A stretch of DNA of 64,000 nt, taken from Phallusia mammillata (Eukaryota). Every line of letters begins with the position of its first letter. The stretch's first letter is position 1. A model generated the notes under the pieces. That model saw nothing but the letters and a program-made list of their open reading frames with translations, did no database searches and was not told where the DNA came from. Below are positions 21,946-35,451 of the stretch, piece by piece. The stretch spans positions 9,238,001 to 9,302,000 of the forward strand of contig OZ281494.1 in the NCBI GenBank assembly GCA_965637545.1, given 5' to 3'. The position numbers were made by a program, and so were the translations under genes.

Positions 21946-22049
21946 TGTGGCCCCTTATCACTGATGATGGCATGTACATTTGCCGAAATATTTGAACCAT
22001 AAAGCATACCGCTTTTTACTTCTATGTGGACCGTTATTTTTATCATTAA
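21946..22049 (+). repeat. Second copy of the hammerhead-core repeat
   Basis: CTGATGA (21961-21967), T, GGCA/TGCC stem, GAAA (21985-21988), TATT; aligns with 1536-1640. Confidence 0.6.
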
Positions 22050-25000
22050 AATTACTGAATAATTCTTCGCACTAAAATCTGAAGAAATATTTGTCAATTT
22101 TGTTTTTTGATCTCTTAAGCAATTTTCGAGGAAATTATTTTCACTCAGTAAATGAACCTAGCGTAAAACACGTTTTTAACGTACACGTAAACATTGCTAA
22201 TCGCTCAAAGTAACCATTATCCGTTAAAGTACAGTATCGTTGACGTCAAAATACGTTTTACCCGCTTATGGTCAAGTTGGTAGACCCGGGTATTTTTAAA
22301 GGCCTGGTCATTCCGGTTCAACATATCTTGTGTGCTGTTTTCGGACACATTAGAATACCAGTAGTTATTTTCACTAGCGCTGATGGTTGAGGTGGAAGCT
22401 TTAATGTGCATACAGTACTTTCCGTGACGTACACGCTGACCAGCTGAATTCGTCACAACCTCGGCTAATTCTTTGAACACCGAAACTTCTTAAAGTGCTG
22501 AGCGAAGTATTGAAGTGATTCAAAGCTTCCGGTGGCATCATTACCGCAATCAGTCTCACACAATGCCTGTCTAGTGACGTCAGGCCTTTAATGACGACAT
22601 ACACGCGCTCATGGCGAATGCTGATTGTTTTCTTGGCGAAGTACCTTCAGATCGTTACCGGCGTCAGGCTATCGAAGTGAACATATTTTGCATTCTAGAT
22701 GGCACAGGGCACGAATCCCAACATTGTCCGGATGTGGATGTACAGAGGCGAGATTTAAACACCGTTGTAACCCAAACACCGTGCTTTGTTTTTGAGCGGA
22801 GAGTATTGTTTGTGCGGATGGGCGCTATACCCGGTATTAACATAGCGATGGGGGCGCATATACACATTCAGGTGAAAATTATTAGCCGCGATAAAAATAA
22901 GTTAATTATCCTGGCAATTAGGCGAGTATATGTACATTTTCTCGATTTCATTGGATTGGGTAATTAAACATGTGCGCTATGTCTGATTCGAAAACACGAA
23001 GTTTTGATGCCAAAATAGTTTCATAAAATACGTGCACCATAAGTACTACATGAACAATAATAAAACACTGGTAGTCAAAACAAGTCTTTATTTAGTCTAT
23101 GTGAAATGCAGCGACTGTTATCGTTTATAATTATCACTTTGACATTTTACCCTAAACTTTTTCGGCGATTTGTTATACATTTTGGCAATTTCGAATGATA
23201 AAAATGATGTTCCACCTCTTGTGTTATATTTGGTTTCTTTTAAATATAAATAGAAACAGTTAATATAATCCTACGGATGTACGACCGGAGCAGGAAAATG
23301 TATAAAAAAATGCGCACACACCTTGCGAATTCCTTTCAAACTAAATTTGCCCGCAAAAGATTTTTTGGTTTGCAGTAGTCGCTACCTATCTGGGCCTCGG
23401 GCATTTCGAGTTGCTGGCCGATGACAGTATATTGTGGTTGATCGCATTTGACGTTGCGTTTGTTGTTGGGTCGCTTTTTGTTTGTCAGGCTTTTCTCTTT
23501 TTCTGCACGATCTCGTTACCTAATGCGTCTGTTAAACTCCTTTGGAATTCCAGACGTTTGTTTGTTTATACGCAGGAACGCTCAGATACAATAAATGAAG
23601 CTTTGAAATGATAATAAAAATGCACATTTCGTCATATGTCGAAGGCAAGGCAGTTACGCTTTATCATTCCGTGCCAAAGATAAATGCCATCAAGTGCACG
23701 TTTGGCATCTTGCAAGTGAATGTTTTGCAAAGTATGAAGTCCTCAAAATGATATAAATCAACTTTTTTATATTTTTCCCGGCGAATTTTACCAAATCTTC
23801 AAAAACATCAAACATCAGGTTTTAAAATCAAACTCAAATATTTGAGTGTTGGAATAGATTGAAGCAGTTAAACTCCCAGGATTGGTATAAAATTTAATAT
23901 CCAAACTAACTCCAAATATAGAATTGTGGCAGGTTTTCGGCAAACTCCACTTGTGGTTGCAACGGTTTGTGGAATCAGTTTACACGTGCCAAACAGATTA
24001 ACGTATAATGATGCAATTGTCAGCTAAGCATTACCATCATCTTTCGTGACAAACTCTGACTTCACATTGATGGATTAGCGTTGATAAGTTCATCGTGTTG
24101 TTTACGTTTTTTGTTGTGTTTAAAGCTTATACGCAGCGTTAATTCAGCCGATGCTTACGTAATTTTTCGTTTTGCCATTAAATTGTTGTCTGTGCGTTTG
24201 TACCGCTTTTAAAATTGTGTTTCAGTTTTAAAATACAGCTGATTTACAAGTAGGGTTTTAAACAGGATGCACACATCTTACACACTCTGTATAGGTCTGT
24301 CATTTCGGTTTTACAATAATAACACTTACCCCAACAGACATACCAACAAGCTTTGCTAATACCACGACGATTGCAATCAAATAAAATGTTTGTGCTTTTT
24401 CTAGCAAGGATGATTTGCACGCATTCAAGTAATATTAAGGCGTGCGTAATAAAATCTTTTGTGACGAGATATAGAAGTGGCAAATTATGCTCTTTTGATG
24501 TGCAAAGAAGCGCCAATGCGTTTTTTTTTGTGCGGCGACGAGCCCCGTCCGTAACAAAACAAACACATACTTGAAGAAGGGTGCGAACTTCCCAAATAAG
24601 CAATGAATTCTAACTCCCGGCGCATTATACCAACTGAAGATAAAGCAGTCGTTATTTTTGCGTGAAATTCCTGTGAAGTCGTCTGAATCGCATCAACAAC
24701 TCAAATTTCGTCACCGCGTGAACCAAAAACTGCCCAACCGATTCTTTGGGCCACGTGCTGCCTCGGGGCCCAAGTGCCTTTCAAGAACCTGTGTACGTCA
24801 CTGTGCGACGGACGACTGAAGGCAACGTAAATGCAAATGGTGTCGGAAAGCACGCGAAACATCTGCAAGAATTTTCGGTTCCGGTTTACACCTTCAGCAG
24901 TTAGGGGTTCTGTAAAACGGGTGCGTTACATAAGCATCTTTTGTCAGTTTACGTTTTGTTTTCATTGCCCAAAGAAATGTATACCTCCACTCCACCATCG

Positions 25001-25846
25001 CAAGTATAAATTAAGAAACCGGTGAATGGAAAACATGGATAATAGAAAGAATAAGACAACTAAATTTATAAACAGCCGTCACTTGCGTTATATAAGTTTC
25101 AGATGTGTCTTTTAGAAATTGTAACCTGTATAAGTACGTTTCCACGTAACAACCAGACTGTCTTTTATGAATAAACGCTTTTTGCGCTACAATGCAAGTA
25201 CAAATCGCCGAAGCGTTATAGCAAAATCGCCGAAGCTTTATATAAAAAAAAACTCCAGCTTAAGGAAAAATGTAAATCGTATAGTTTTGTAGAGTAATAA
25301 ATGATCGTTGTTTGGAATTTTTAAAACTATTTACAAAATATTATAAAACCTATTTTACAAAATATTAAATGTAATCAACAACAATCAAAAGCAAAGCTGC
25401 TACGTCACACTTGCAATTCCTTCTTGATCATGATTTTCCACGTGAAGTTGTTATGCCCAGCGATCGAATACGTATTCTGTTACGCATAGTGTTATGACGA
25501 CATGGTATTTAGGTCATCTCAATGTATGAATGTTGCCGAATGACTGACACCACATGACGATGATGTTACTTCGAGGAATTACGTTGAGTTTTGCTTTGCA
25601 TACAAATATTATTGCAGGCGTTGGATGACCAATATATCTTTACCACCTTGCATCCAGCCTGATACGCCAAGTTATTATCAAAATGCAATGGTTTTCTGTT
25701 ATTTTGCTAATCTTGGCCAACTATAGCAAGATGTTGCACCTTAAACATTGCGGCACTAACCAACAAAAACGCAAATAAATTACATTTTAAACATACCGTA
25801 CCTGTTTGCACAACGTAAGATACTAATTTGACCAGAAGAATAAAAG

Positions 25847-25871
25847 GTCACGTGACAGGCGTGACGTCACG
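25847..25871. promoter_or_regulatory. Adjacent E-box (CLEAR-like) and CRE palindromes
   Basis: GTCACGTGAC (25847-25856) and CGTGACGTCACG (25860-25871). No associated gene identified. Confidence 0.3.
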
Positions 25872-28868
25872 AGGACACTGGTCATCGAGGAAAAATGATT
25901 ACAGGCTCGATATGTGTTCACACACCCTGTCACCTGTTGGAGTAGTGTGAATAAAATTCTGCGACGCGCGTAATATGCTCCACTTTTAGATGGACTTATG
26001 GCTGATGGCTTGGCATGTAAACCACCCAATGATGTTCGGTATAATTATGTAAGATCGCGGCAACTAATAAGAGACAATTTGTATGTCCATAATCGACTGA
26101 CATTGTGCTTTCCAATGCTAAAAAGGTAATAGTGCTCTAGGTGCCAAATGAAAGTCCCCGAAAACAGTAATTCAATACACAATTATTTGTGTGGACGGTC
26201 TTTTATAACATTTGCTCAAAATTGAACAGTTATCGTGATGAATGTTGCTACAAATTTTCGGAGGCGCATCCGGAGGCGAGAGGATGCCTTCTTGTTTGCA
26301 TTTCTGCTGATGGGCCGTGTTTGGAAGGGCAGAGATTGTTGGTAACCATAGACTTGTTGACTAACTGGAATTGGCGCAACACCGTATTAGTGCATGTACA
26401 AAAACGTTATAGAATCATAGGGTTTAAGGCGGTAACATCTACCGCTCGTTCATCCATAGGCGCACATTTAAAACCACTTTTTCGTTTTAACTAAGTTATG
26501 TAACAACACTTGAAATACTTTATGTAACTCTCGATAAAACAAAGGCAAAAATCGCCAACACATCCTGTTTAAAATGTAATTAATTCACGCTTTTGTTTAT
26601 GCAGATTGAAGGTTCTAAAAATCTTTTAAAAATCGAAACAGTTTAAACTAAAAATTTCTGCACGAATCTTTGCGGTGTGAACCCGCGACAGCACGATTGG
26701 AAGTTCGTGCGAATATCGGCAACCGTCTTAAAGGTGGTTGTATTTAAATCAATTCAAGCGTCACTCATTATCTGTGTATGTTTCTGATGTCTTGCTCTTG
26801 ATGATAAGAAGACTTTTAACCGTGTTTGGTTCTACATTTGAATACAACTTAATACCTGCGTTGTTTGCAGATGGGTACATGCCAAAATCTTTATTTTAAG
26901 CAATAGTGAAAATTGTGCTTTTATTTAGGCGGGAAGGAGTTAAAGCAGGAGTTAAGTCATTAGGACATTTTTTTTATGGCGCAAAATGTATAAAAGTTAG
27001 CTTAAGTAAGAATATATATAGCCTTGCGCCATTCGTATCACGTGTTTTAACATGCGGACCAAAAACCAACACGCTTATATAATCCGGCAAAATTACCTTA
27101 ACATACATGAGTAATCGGAAAACCTTTTCGCTTTTGGTCACCAAAAGCCTACGTTTTACTTATTGCTAGTTTGCGGAAAACAACCAACGCATATTTCTTG
27201 CCATTTACAAAATCACCAAATGGATCGTCTCCACAGAAGTTCTGAAAGGTTGCAGCGACCTTCTCTTTAATCGGTTGCGGTCAAAATATTGTCCCATACA
27301 GTTTTCTTGGTATTCTAAGACTTGACCAAACCCATCCTATACAGAACGAGCATTGTTCAAACATCACACTTACAGTATGAGAAACCGCAGTCAAAGACGC
27401 ACCCTAAAATTGTTTGCAGGTCTTCGTACAATCATGGACTTATTTTGCCTCGCCTCGCAATAGTTTTTTTAAGAAAATATCTCAGTGTTTATTAAAAAAA
27501 ACTTTAATGTTATGGTTTGATTGTTTATTTGTTTTACGCAAGCGCTGGCCAAACCCAAACATACATACGATGGCCTGCCCGCGAGCAAGCACTAGAATTT
27601 AATCCAAAAAGAGGATTTTGCGGTACCAGCGCGGGCCAACGGAAGAACTATAATGGCCCATTTGTCAACCTAAAATTAACGAAGTAGTTCAAGTGATGCA
27701 ACATGACTTTAACCGCAGTGGTTGCCACTTTCTCAATGCTGAAATTGTCTGAATGGTTAAATCTGTTTATTGTCGGTTGAGAGATTCCTGTTGACCCAAA
27801 ATCAATTTTTGTCAGTTGGGTGAAAATGCTTCAGGAGACAAAAGATCAGATCTGCACGATAATTGTCCTTATTACTTGAGATTTTAATTAGATGTAGGAA
27901 ATAATTCAACCAACAAAACCAAAAAAATCAGCTGCAACAGTTTTGATTCAAAACTTTCAATGATTTTATCGGGATTTTTAACCACACAACCACAAAATTC
28001 CAAGATGTAAAGATTTCTTGTTAAAAACGCTTTACGAAGCTTTACATGTTTATTTAAGGGTTTTCGTGTTTTTGCTACATGATGTGTTTGTGCTGTAATC
28101 CTTTTAGTGTTGGGCATACGTTTAACTTTCGAAGTTTTACTTTGCAGAAGAGACTGGTTTTGTTCCTAATATTTTGTTTATTACTTTGGGTTTACCTGAT
28201 ACAATCCATACACGGATTTTAACATTCACTTGGCGATACCTTACGGCTCATTTTGCAGAATATCAAATCCTTTACTTATCAGTGCTTAAGACAAAGAACC
28301 GCACACATGCACGTTGTCATATGCTAGCAAAAACCGCGTGTTCCAAAGGAGAATTTTCCTTTTCCATTTCAAACCAGTCAAACAGCCGCATGCAGCAGGC
28401 TTCGCTATTTTATATCATTTTCGGATGGCCGACTTCCCGAATGCTGATATTTAACACCGGGAATCCGCAATCGCCCCGACTGATTCAAAAGATTTATAGC
28501 AATTTTTTTATGAATGGATCCAGCTGCTGTGGTTAAACTATATGACTAGACGTGACAAAATACTATTTTAAACGGATTTTTAAGACATATTTCTCCCGCC
28601 TTGTATTAACAATATGTTTGATTCACAATCGTCTTGTCTTATATAATGTTTTCCTAGATTTTTAAATTGTTATGGTGACTCCAAATCCTGTTAAGTTAGT
28701 TATTATCTTGTGTGGTTTATTCAGGTGCAGTTTTAATTGTAATAAGTGGCGTATTCAGTCCAGAATGTTTGTAGAAACCCCAAAAAATGTATGCCTCCCA
28801 AGACAATTTGTTTGAAATAGGTCCCTTGAGTGTTTTTGTGGGTAGAGCACGGCCCCTTGCCGCTAGAC

Positions 28869-29288
28869 CAGTGGTTCCCAAACTTTTTCATATTTTTTTC
28901 AAAACGGTCCCTTTGCCATTATTTCGAGGGCTCGCGGTCCTTAAGCCTAAATGGGTATTTCATAAAAACGAAAGTTGATTGCAGGATTTTAGCTAGTTAT
29001 GCAAAATTGCGCATAACACTCATCCAAAGACAGCATATGACACCACAAACAGGACAAAAACATTACGATTGTGCGCGAACAATTGCATTTTTGATAGTTG
29101 TCATTCAATAAAGGCCATTGTTTAGCAATGGAGACAGTCGATTCTCAATTCTACTTTGATTTAAACTTATTTAGTGGCACAAACTGACGCCAAATAAGAT
29201 TATAGAATTACTTCAACCGCTTCGCGGTCCCCCCAAAATTGCCTCACGGACCCCTAAAGGACCGCGGACCCCAGTTTGGGAACCGCTG
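28869..29288. mobile_element. hAT MITE
   Basis: TIR CAGTGGTTCCCAAAC / GTTTGGGAACCGCTG; perfect TSD CGCTAGAC (28861-28868 and 29289-29296). Confidence 0.9.
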
Positions 29289-30663
29289 CGCTAGACTAAT
29301 AAGTTTTGTATTTGATGTGCAACAAACTGAGAATAAGAATTCCATACCCTTAGTTGACGAGAAAACCTTGTTTCAATGCAGTATTTCCCTGACACAAACT
29401 ATCTTTTCAACTTCACACTCTTAACACCAGCTGAATGTACAAAGGGTGTTTAGGAAATAAGATATCTGACAAATTGCGGCGGACCAAAAGGTCAGTCCCA
29501 TAAGGTAAAAGTCGTCTCTGCAATTTGCTTGTTATTAGTTGGTTGGGCAAACCCCGTTTGCCCGTGTGCAAAGGTAAACACCAAAATGCTATAGGCTAAG
29601 TAGGCTAAAGTGGCAAATATCGAGACTGGGTCCAGAATTCTCTTAATATGTCCTCAATATGTTTAAGCGTATGTTGAGGATATGATGTAACATAAACGCT
29701 GCTGGTCCTGGTTCTTTGAGGCGCCGCAAATATTCGGAGCTCGAAACTACGAAAGAGAAAAGATCCGAAACCAGCTACCGATTTTAATTAGGAAGAAAAA
29801 CTTAACCCAATTTTCCGGACTTAATTTCCCACCCGACAGACATTTCTCCCTAAGAGCTCTCATATAATTAATGATGCGTCCAAAATGTATAATTTATAAC
29901 TCTCTGTCGCTACTTGGTGGCGGATTTGGTAAACCTGTCGCGAGATAACCAGACCAAAAAAACAGAAAATCAAGCAAATAACTGCTCCATTGTATTTCGA
30001 AACATAAGAAGTTCCTGATAATGCAAATAATTCAGTCTCGTCATTTTTGTTCAAGTACATACGACACAAGTGTGGGTTGTTTTTTTGAGCTAGCAATGTA
30101 TCTGTGATAAAAATAGTCTATTACGTTTCGATTTTTTGCTTATGCTATTTCTCTTACATTGTTTTCAGCTGCAGCAGAGTTCATAGTTATAACTACTTTT
30201 TATGTTACAGAATAAAAAACAAACACGAGTTATTTCGAGCAACCAAACAAGTATTTAGTCGCGTTTACTGTTTGGCGTCTTGTTTTGCATTTGCGCCTTT
30301 ACTCAATTTGACGTTTCAAACATTTGCGTTTTTTTTGCCCTTGTGTTAATCCATTTCGTTTGAGAAAAACGCGTAGCGTTGATCTGGGTTTGGTTGAAAC
30401 AGTAAACACTATAATGCAGGTTTGTACAAAACCAAGATCATTGTAATTACCTTCCCAATAAACTGACCGGTTAATTCGTTGCAAAACCGTGGATAATGTC
30501 TTTTAGCTTTTTATACCCGTTTGCATGTTTGTTGCTGTGCTTCTATTCTCAACAAAACTTTTGAAAACTTAAAGTCTTCTAGATTCATATTAAACTTTGG
30601 TATTACGATCCTGTCGAAACATAACAGATACATAAGGATTTTTTATTTGGACTCTTCAGCATG

Positions 30664-33600
30664 TTACAATGTTCTTCCACAATCTTTTACTGTGAAGGGC
30701 AAATCTTCTTGCTCATCAACCTTCCTTTCGTCTTTACAAGGTTGGGGCCGAAACAGCTGCAGGAATATTATGGTACAAACATTTAAAATTCTGTTTTCAT
30801 GCTTACCAGTAAAAATTTCTGCTTCCCTTAACCATGCAGTAAATTCATAGGTTATGATATTAACTACCAATTTGAATCGACTTTATATGATGTACAGTTG
30901 ATAATTGACTACTCACGAGGATCACCATCATGCCCAACGTTTTATAGATTTGACAAAGTAAGTGCGAATTGTTGTTTTTTTCATTAAGATCTACGTTGAT
31001 TTATCAAATATAAATTTTAAACGTAACTCTGCAATTGTTAACACAAGACAACATGGCAACGTATGATTTTTCACCTGATAGATGTCACCTCCAATTCTGA
31101 TTGTTCGTACAATTTTGTAAATCGCATATCCAGGAATAAATACGAAACACGTGACACTGATCAGGTGACCTACAACTTCTGTCCACGGGGGAAACACGTA
31201 TTCGTTGTATTTCAGAGGTTCAATCGTGGAAATGTAGTAGATTGATAATAGCTGTGGCAAACAGTATTTAAATGGTTTGACCTAATAGTAAAGTGGTATA
31301 TTTACTGCCAGCAAGAGGGTAGTCTGAGAGGTAGAACTACTAACGCAAGAACTCACAGCAGCATATTTGCTAATTTCGGGTAGGTGGCGCAACGGAAATA
31401 TTTTAAAAGCAGTTTGTGTAAAAAATGACGTAATCCTATCCCAGTTTTACTGTCTTTAAAAAAATAACTGTGCTTTTTACACCCACTATCAGCATTTAGC
31501 AAACCGTATGTGTTGTGAGTTGGTAGCTCTACCTCTTTAAAAAACGTGTTTGCTCCTAAAAACCACTTGAGGCGTAATAGTTCAAACTATTTACCGCGGT
31601 TATTGCAGGACTGACAAACTTCCATGATATCTTGAGCCATAGTCTTCTTCCCCGATAATCTCCGGTCATTTTGACGATATCTTTCCAATATCTTTCGAAC
31701 CCGTAAAACCACGCCACCGCCACACACTCGCAAGTTGTGATCAAGAACCAACACCAACCAGAGTTCGCGTAGCGATTGAGAAGCTCAAATACGTAGACTC
31801 CTCCCTGACACAGTTAGGAGAAAACGTTTTAACTGCACGTGTGCCTTTAAATGTTTAGAGTGTATAAAAACGCCAGGATATTTAGATAAAAAAACTGTTG
31901 GAAGTTTTTATAAGAATTAAATTTGTTTTGAATATGAGAGGCAATCATAATGACAAGTATATGCAATTTGGTTAACTGTGATAGTAAAGAATGTCCAATT
32001 TAAATCCAAGTGAAATATTTTATAATCTTGTTTTGTCAAAATTCCAGAAAGTTTTTCAATTTTTATCTACAAAACGTTGTTGTCGCACGAAGAAAACAGC
32101 TTGCTCTTTTTACCTGTGTCATCATTGGTAAGCCGAGAAGCATGAGACAGGTGCAAAGTAAGGCTTGTGAAATCTCTCTTCCGTATCGATGTTGGCGTAC
32201 ACTTCTGACGTTATCCATCACCACTGCTATAATCGCCTCAAGCACGACAAACTATAAAAACAGCTGAAAAGTTTCAGTGAAACCTTTTGTGATAAGACTC
32301 TTTGGTTCCAGCGTGCTGGGTCGTGAAATACCTGATCTAAGCAACCCAACAATTTATTTAAATGCAAGAGCTTAAACGCGTCCTAGCCGTCAGTGATTCA
32401 GCTTATAATCTGAAGCAGGCATATATTGGAAACTTTTCACATAAACCCAACACAAAATACCTGTGAATCAAATCCGAGCAATAATAGTGTCAGGAAGAAA
32501 AGTGCGCTCCACAACTGCGGAAACGGAAGAAGTGACAATGCTTCAGGATAAGTAACAAACACAAGACCGGGTCCAGATGTTGCCACATCATGAATTGTTG
32601 CGTTCTGCAAATAGTACGGTTTAAACTGCATTACACTTTTATTGAATGAAGGAATTGGACACTTACTTGATATGTTGCCATATAACCAAGAGTTGAAAAC
32701 ACTGCGAATCCGGCTATAAAACTTGTTAGAAAGTTTCCAACGGCTATTGCAACAGCATCTCTGACAAAAGTATTAAACAAACTATAGTGTTACAAAGTTT
32801 ATGACATTAAAATCCCTGTACATATCAAGTTGTGTGACCACCATTAAAGTTTCTATACAAATGCATTTTAAATTAAGTCATCAAGTTAAATTAAGTCATC
32901 AGAGCAGTGAACTTTAAGTGCAGCCCGGCTGTATATGTTTTCTTTGGTTTCCAACTTGAATATAACGACCGCACAAGGAACACCCATACACCCAAACAAT
33001 TTTTGTAATGTATTTATCACCGTATTGATTGGTGGGTGAGGAATTATTGAAAAAGTGGTTTTAATGGACGCAACTTGCCTATGACGCGTTTTCAGATTTT
33101 GCAAATCGAGTTTAGCATAGTCCATTTTGAAGAAGCGACCAGAATATAGCGGCTACAGCAGTGACCAAAAATGACCTCGAGATGGAAACCCATTTATTTA
33201 TCACTTTAAACACACTTATAATAATGTATATCACCTCCAAAAGTTGTGATGATAATTGTTGTAACTTCCGAGAATAATCAATGTGCCCAATCCAGGACCA
33301 TTCGTGTAGATAACTTGAGAGCATGCTCCTACCCAAGTCTACAGGTAAAAAGGATAATTTACTAAAGGGCTTGAAAGTAAATGTTCGAAATATTTTACCG
33401 AAATTTCCATTAGCTTTTCGACTTGGGGTGTCAGATAGAAATATATTCCACGCCAAGCGCCCTCAAGTGTCGCACTTCGTATTGTTATAACCACGATAAG
33501 AAAAACTGGAAGTGTGGCTGTCACATAAACAATCTGTAAAACAGATGGAAACCTTATGGGTATATGCTTTTCTTGTGAACTCCAAAAAGTAGTGTTTGTG

Positions 33601-35451
33601 TAATAAGTCTTTACTTTACAATTTCGTTACCTTGGAGGTCCATTTGATGCCTTTAAAGGTGCACAAATAGAAGAGGACCCACATGATAACATTGTAGAGT
33701 ACCAGATCCGATCTCATGCTTCCTACTTCATTGATGTTTGTGGTAAGGTTTAACACCTCACTTCTGCATGATGCAATACGAAATAAGCTGTTGCAAAACG
33801 GCAGTCCGACATGCACATAGTCTATTAAACCCCTTTCTGATCAGTCAAGATATGTTTGAGATCATTGGTCACAACTTTTGCGCAACATTATCATTGTCCT
33901 TACCTACAGACCTGAATTACTGACAGAGTGGCGTGACAAACTATTTTTACTGTCGTTGGTGTGATTTATTTCTACATCAACCCAAACTGGACTTACAATT
34001 TTAACACGAAGTCATTTCGAAGTCACTGAGCAAATGCAATACCTGCAAAGCACACACTTTTTAAGATAATGTTAAAGCGTTTCTTAAAGCGAACAACCCT
34101 TTTGAAGTATGTTTCTTTATTCATCACTAAATAACAATATACCAATCTGTGCTACAATTAAAAAGAGAAATTCAAACATTTGTAACCAGTATACCGGTCT
34201 TGTTATTAGGAAAATATTGGATCCTATTGTATTTTTTGCACAGGACGTTATGTTAGCGAACATAGGAAATGATGTACAGTAGCCTGGCTATGCTATAATG
34301 CAATGTAGCTGCACTAATTGGTCGAAACACTACAAGCATCCAAATTATCACTGTATCGGTACATTGCTTTTATGTTCAACTTCGAACACGGTACCCCTTA
34401 GTTTGGCTGCTTAATTTCACAGTAAATAAATTAAAGTTTAATCATGTAAGAAGGTACTAAACTAAAGGAACTAAATTCGTATTGGGTGCAAAACATATAG
34501 AGAAGACAACAAATGTACTTGTGCTGCTATCATGTACGTACCAAAATACCATACATTTATCTTACTCGTGTCGTCTTTTGCACAATACGGTTTTAACAAT
34601 CCATCTCAGATATATCTAACAAGTTTTTGTCATATAGTTACCTTTGAAAATAGGGACTTCTGACCAGCTTTTAACCAGTCCACTTCGCAACTTCTGACCC
34701 AGAGAAATTTCGAGGACAATTAAAGGAACGGCAACCAATGCTCCGAATATCATGTATGCGACAAGAAATGCACCTACGGAAATATTTCAACTAGTGATGC
34801 ACCGAACCTGCTTAAAAACGCGCGGACCAAAACCGAATATTCGGCCATGAGGCCAAACAATTTTGTCCGAATCAGGCCGAACCTAAAATCCCCTCTCGTA
34901 TGGTTGTTTTTAACTGAACCTTGTGTTATTGATGCGAGTGAACTCAATTTTGACAAACTGAAATTACTTTCACAATGCGTGAGCTTTACTAAACATCTAA
35001 CATTTTGCAGACAACGTGGCTCGTATTTTATAGATACAACAAATAGTTAATTTATTATGTTTTGTATAGGCTAAAATGAATTTAAGGCGTTAATTCCATG
35101 CCATAAAAAAGTTCGGTTTCGGTCGAATTTTCAAAAAAAGTTTGGGCCGAAACCGAAACCGAAACATTGGAAAACAACGGATTCGGCCGAAATGTTTCGG
35201 CCAACCGAAACCTCGGTGAATCACTAATTTCAACCAAAATACAACTCTGCATGATAATAACCAAAATACAACTATTATTTTGACTTACCTCCTCCATATT
35301 TGAAACACATGTACGGAAATCTCCAAATGTTTCCTAAACCGATAGCGTATCCCAATGCAGCAAACATGAAGTCCCATGGTTTCTTCCATTCTGGTCGCGG
35401 TTGGTTATCTTCGACAAATCGTTGCTCATAGAATTTACCAGAGGAATGCAT
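30664..35451 (-). pseudogene. SLC6 transporter pseudogene (copy 0, divergent paralog)
   Basis: The exons I checked match the intact copies (start [10 protein letters not shown]...[14 protein letters not shown] at 35451; last exon LFRPQPCKDERK...GRTL*). Exon 3 (TM3 + EL2) is reduced to GIAFAQ followed by TGA at 34023-34025 and then intron-homologous sequence. Skipping it would join phase 1 to phase 2, a frameshift. Confidence 0.85.
34792..35226. mobile_element. hAT MITE in intron 1 of SLC6 copy 0
   Basis: TIR TAGTGATGCACCGA / TCGGTGAATCACTA; perfect TSD ATTTCAAC; empty site in the other copies (around 44251-44260). Confidence 0.92.

Noticed and set aside
22611-22967. 118-aa plus-strand ORF
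   Set aside because: It looks like the antisense shadow of the decayed minus-strand frame; no splice or domain support.
24244-24603. Cys-rich ORF end (CYYC...CKMCASC) resembling a piggyBac C-terminal domain
   Set aside because: No DDD transposase motifs, TTAA target sites or TIRs found, and the Cys spacing fits only loosely.
34023-34025. Possible selenocysteine or readthrough at the TGA in copy 0 exon 3
   Set aside because: The downstream sequence is intron-homologous and reaches TAA within ten codons; the rest of the exon is deleted.
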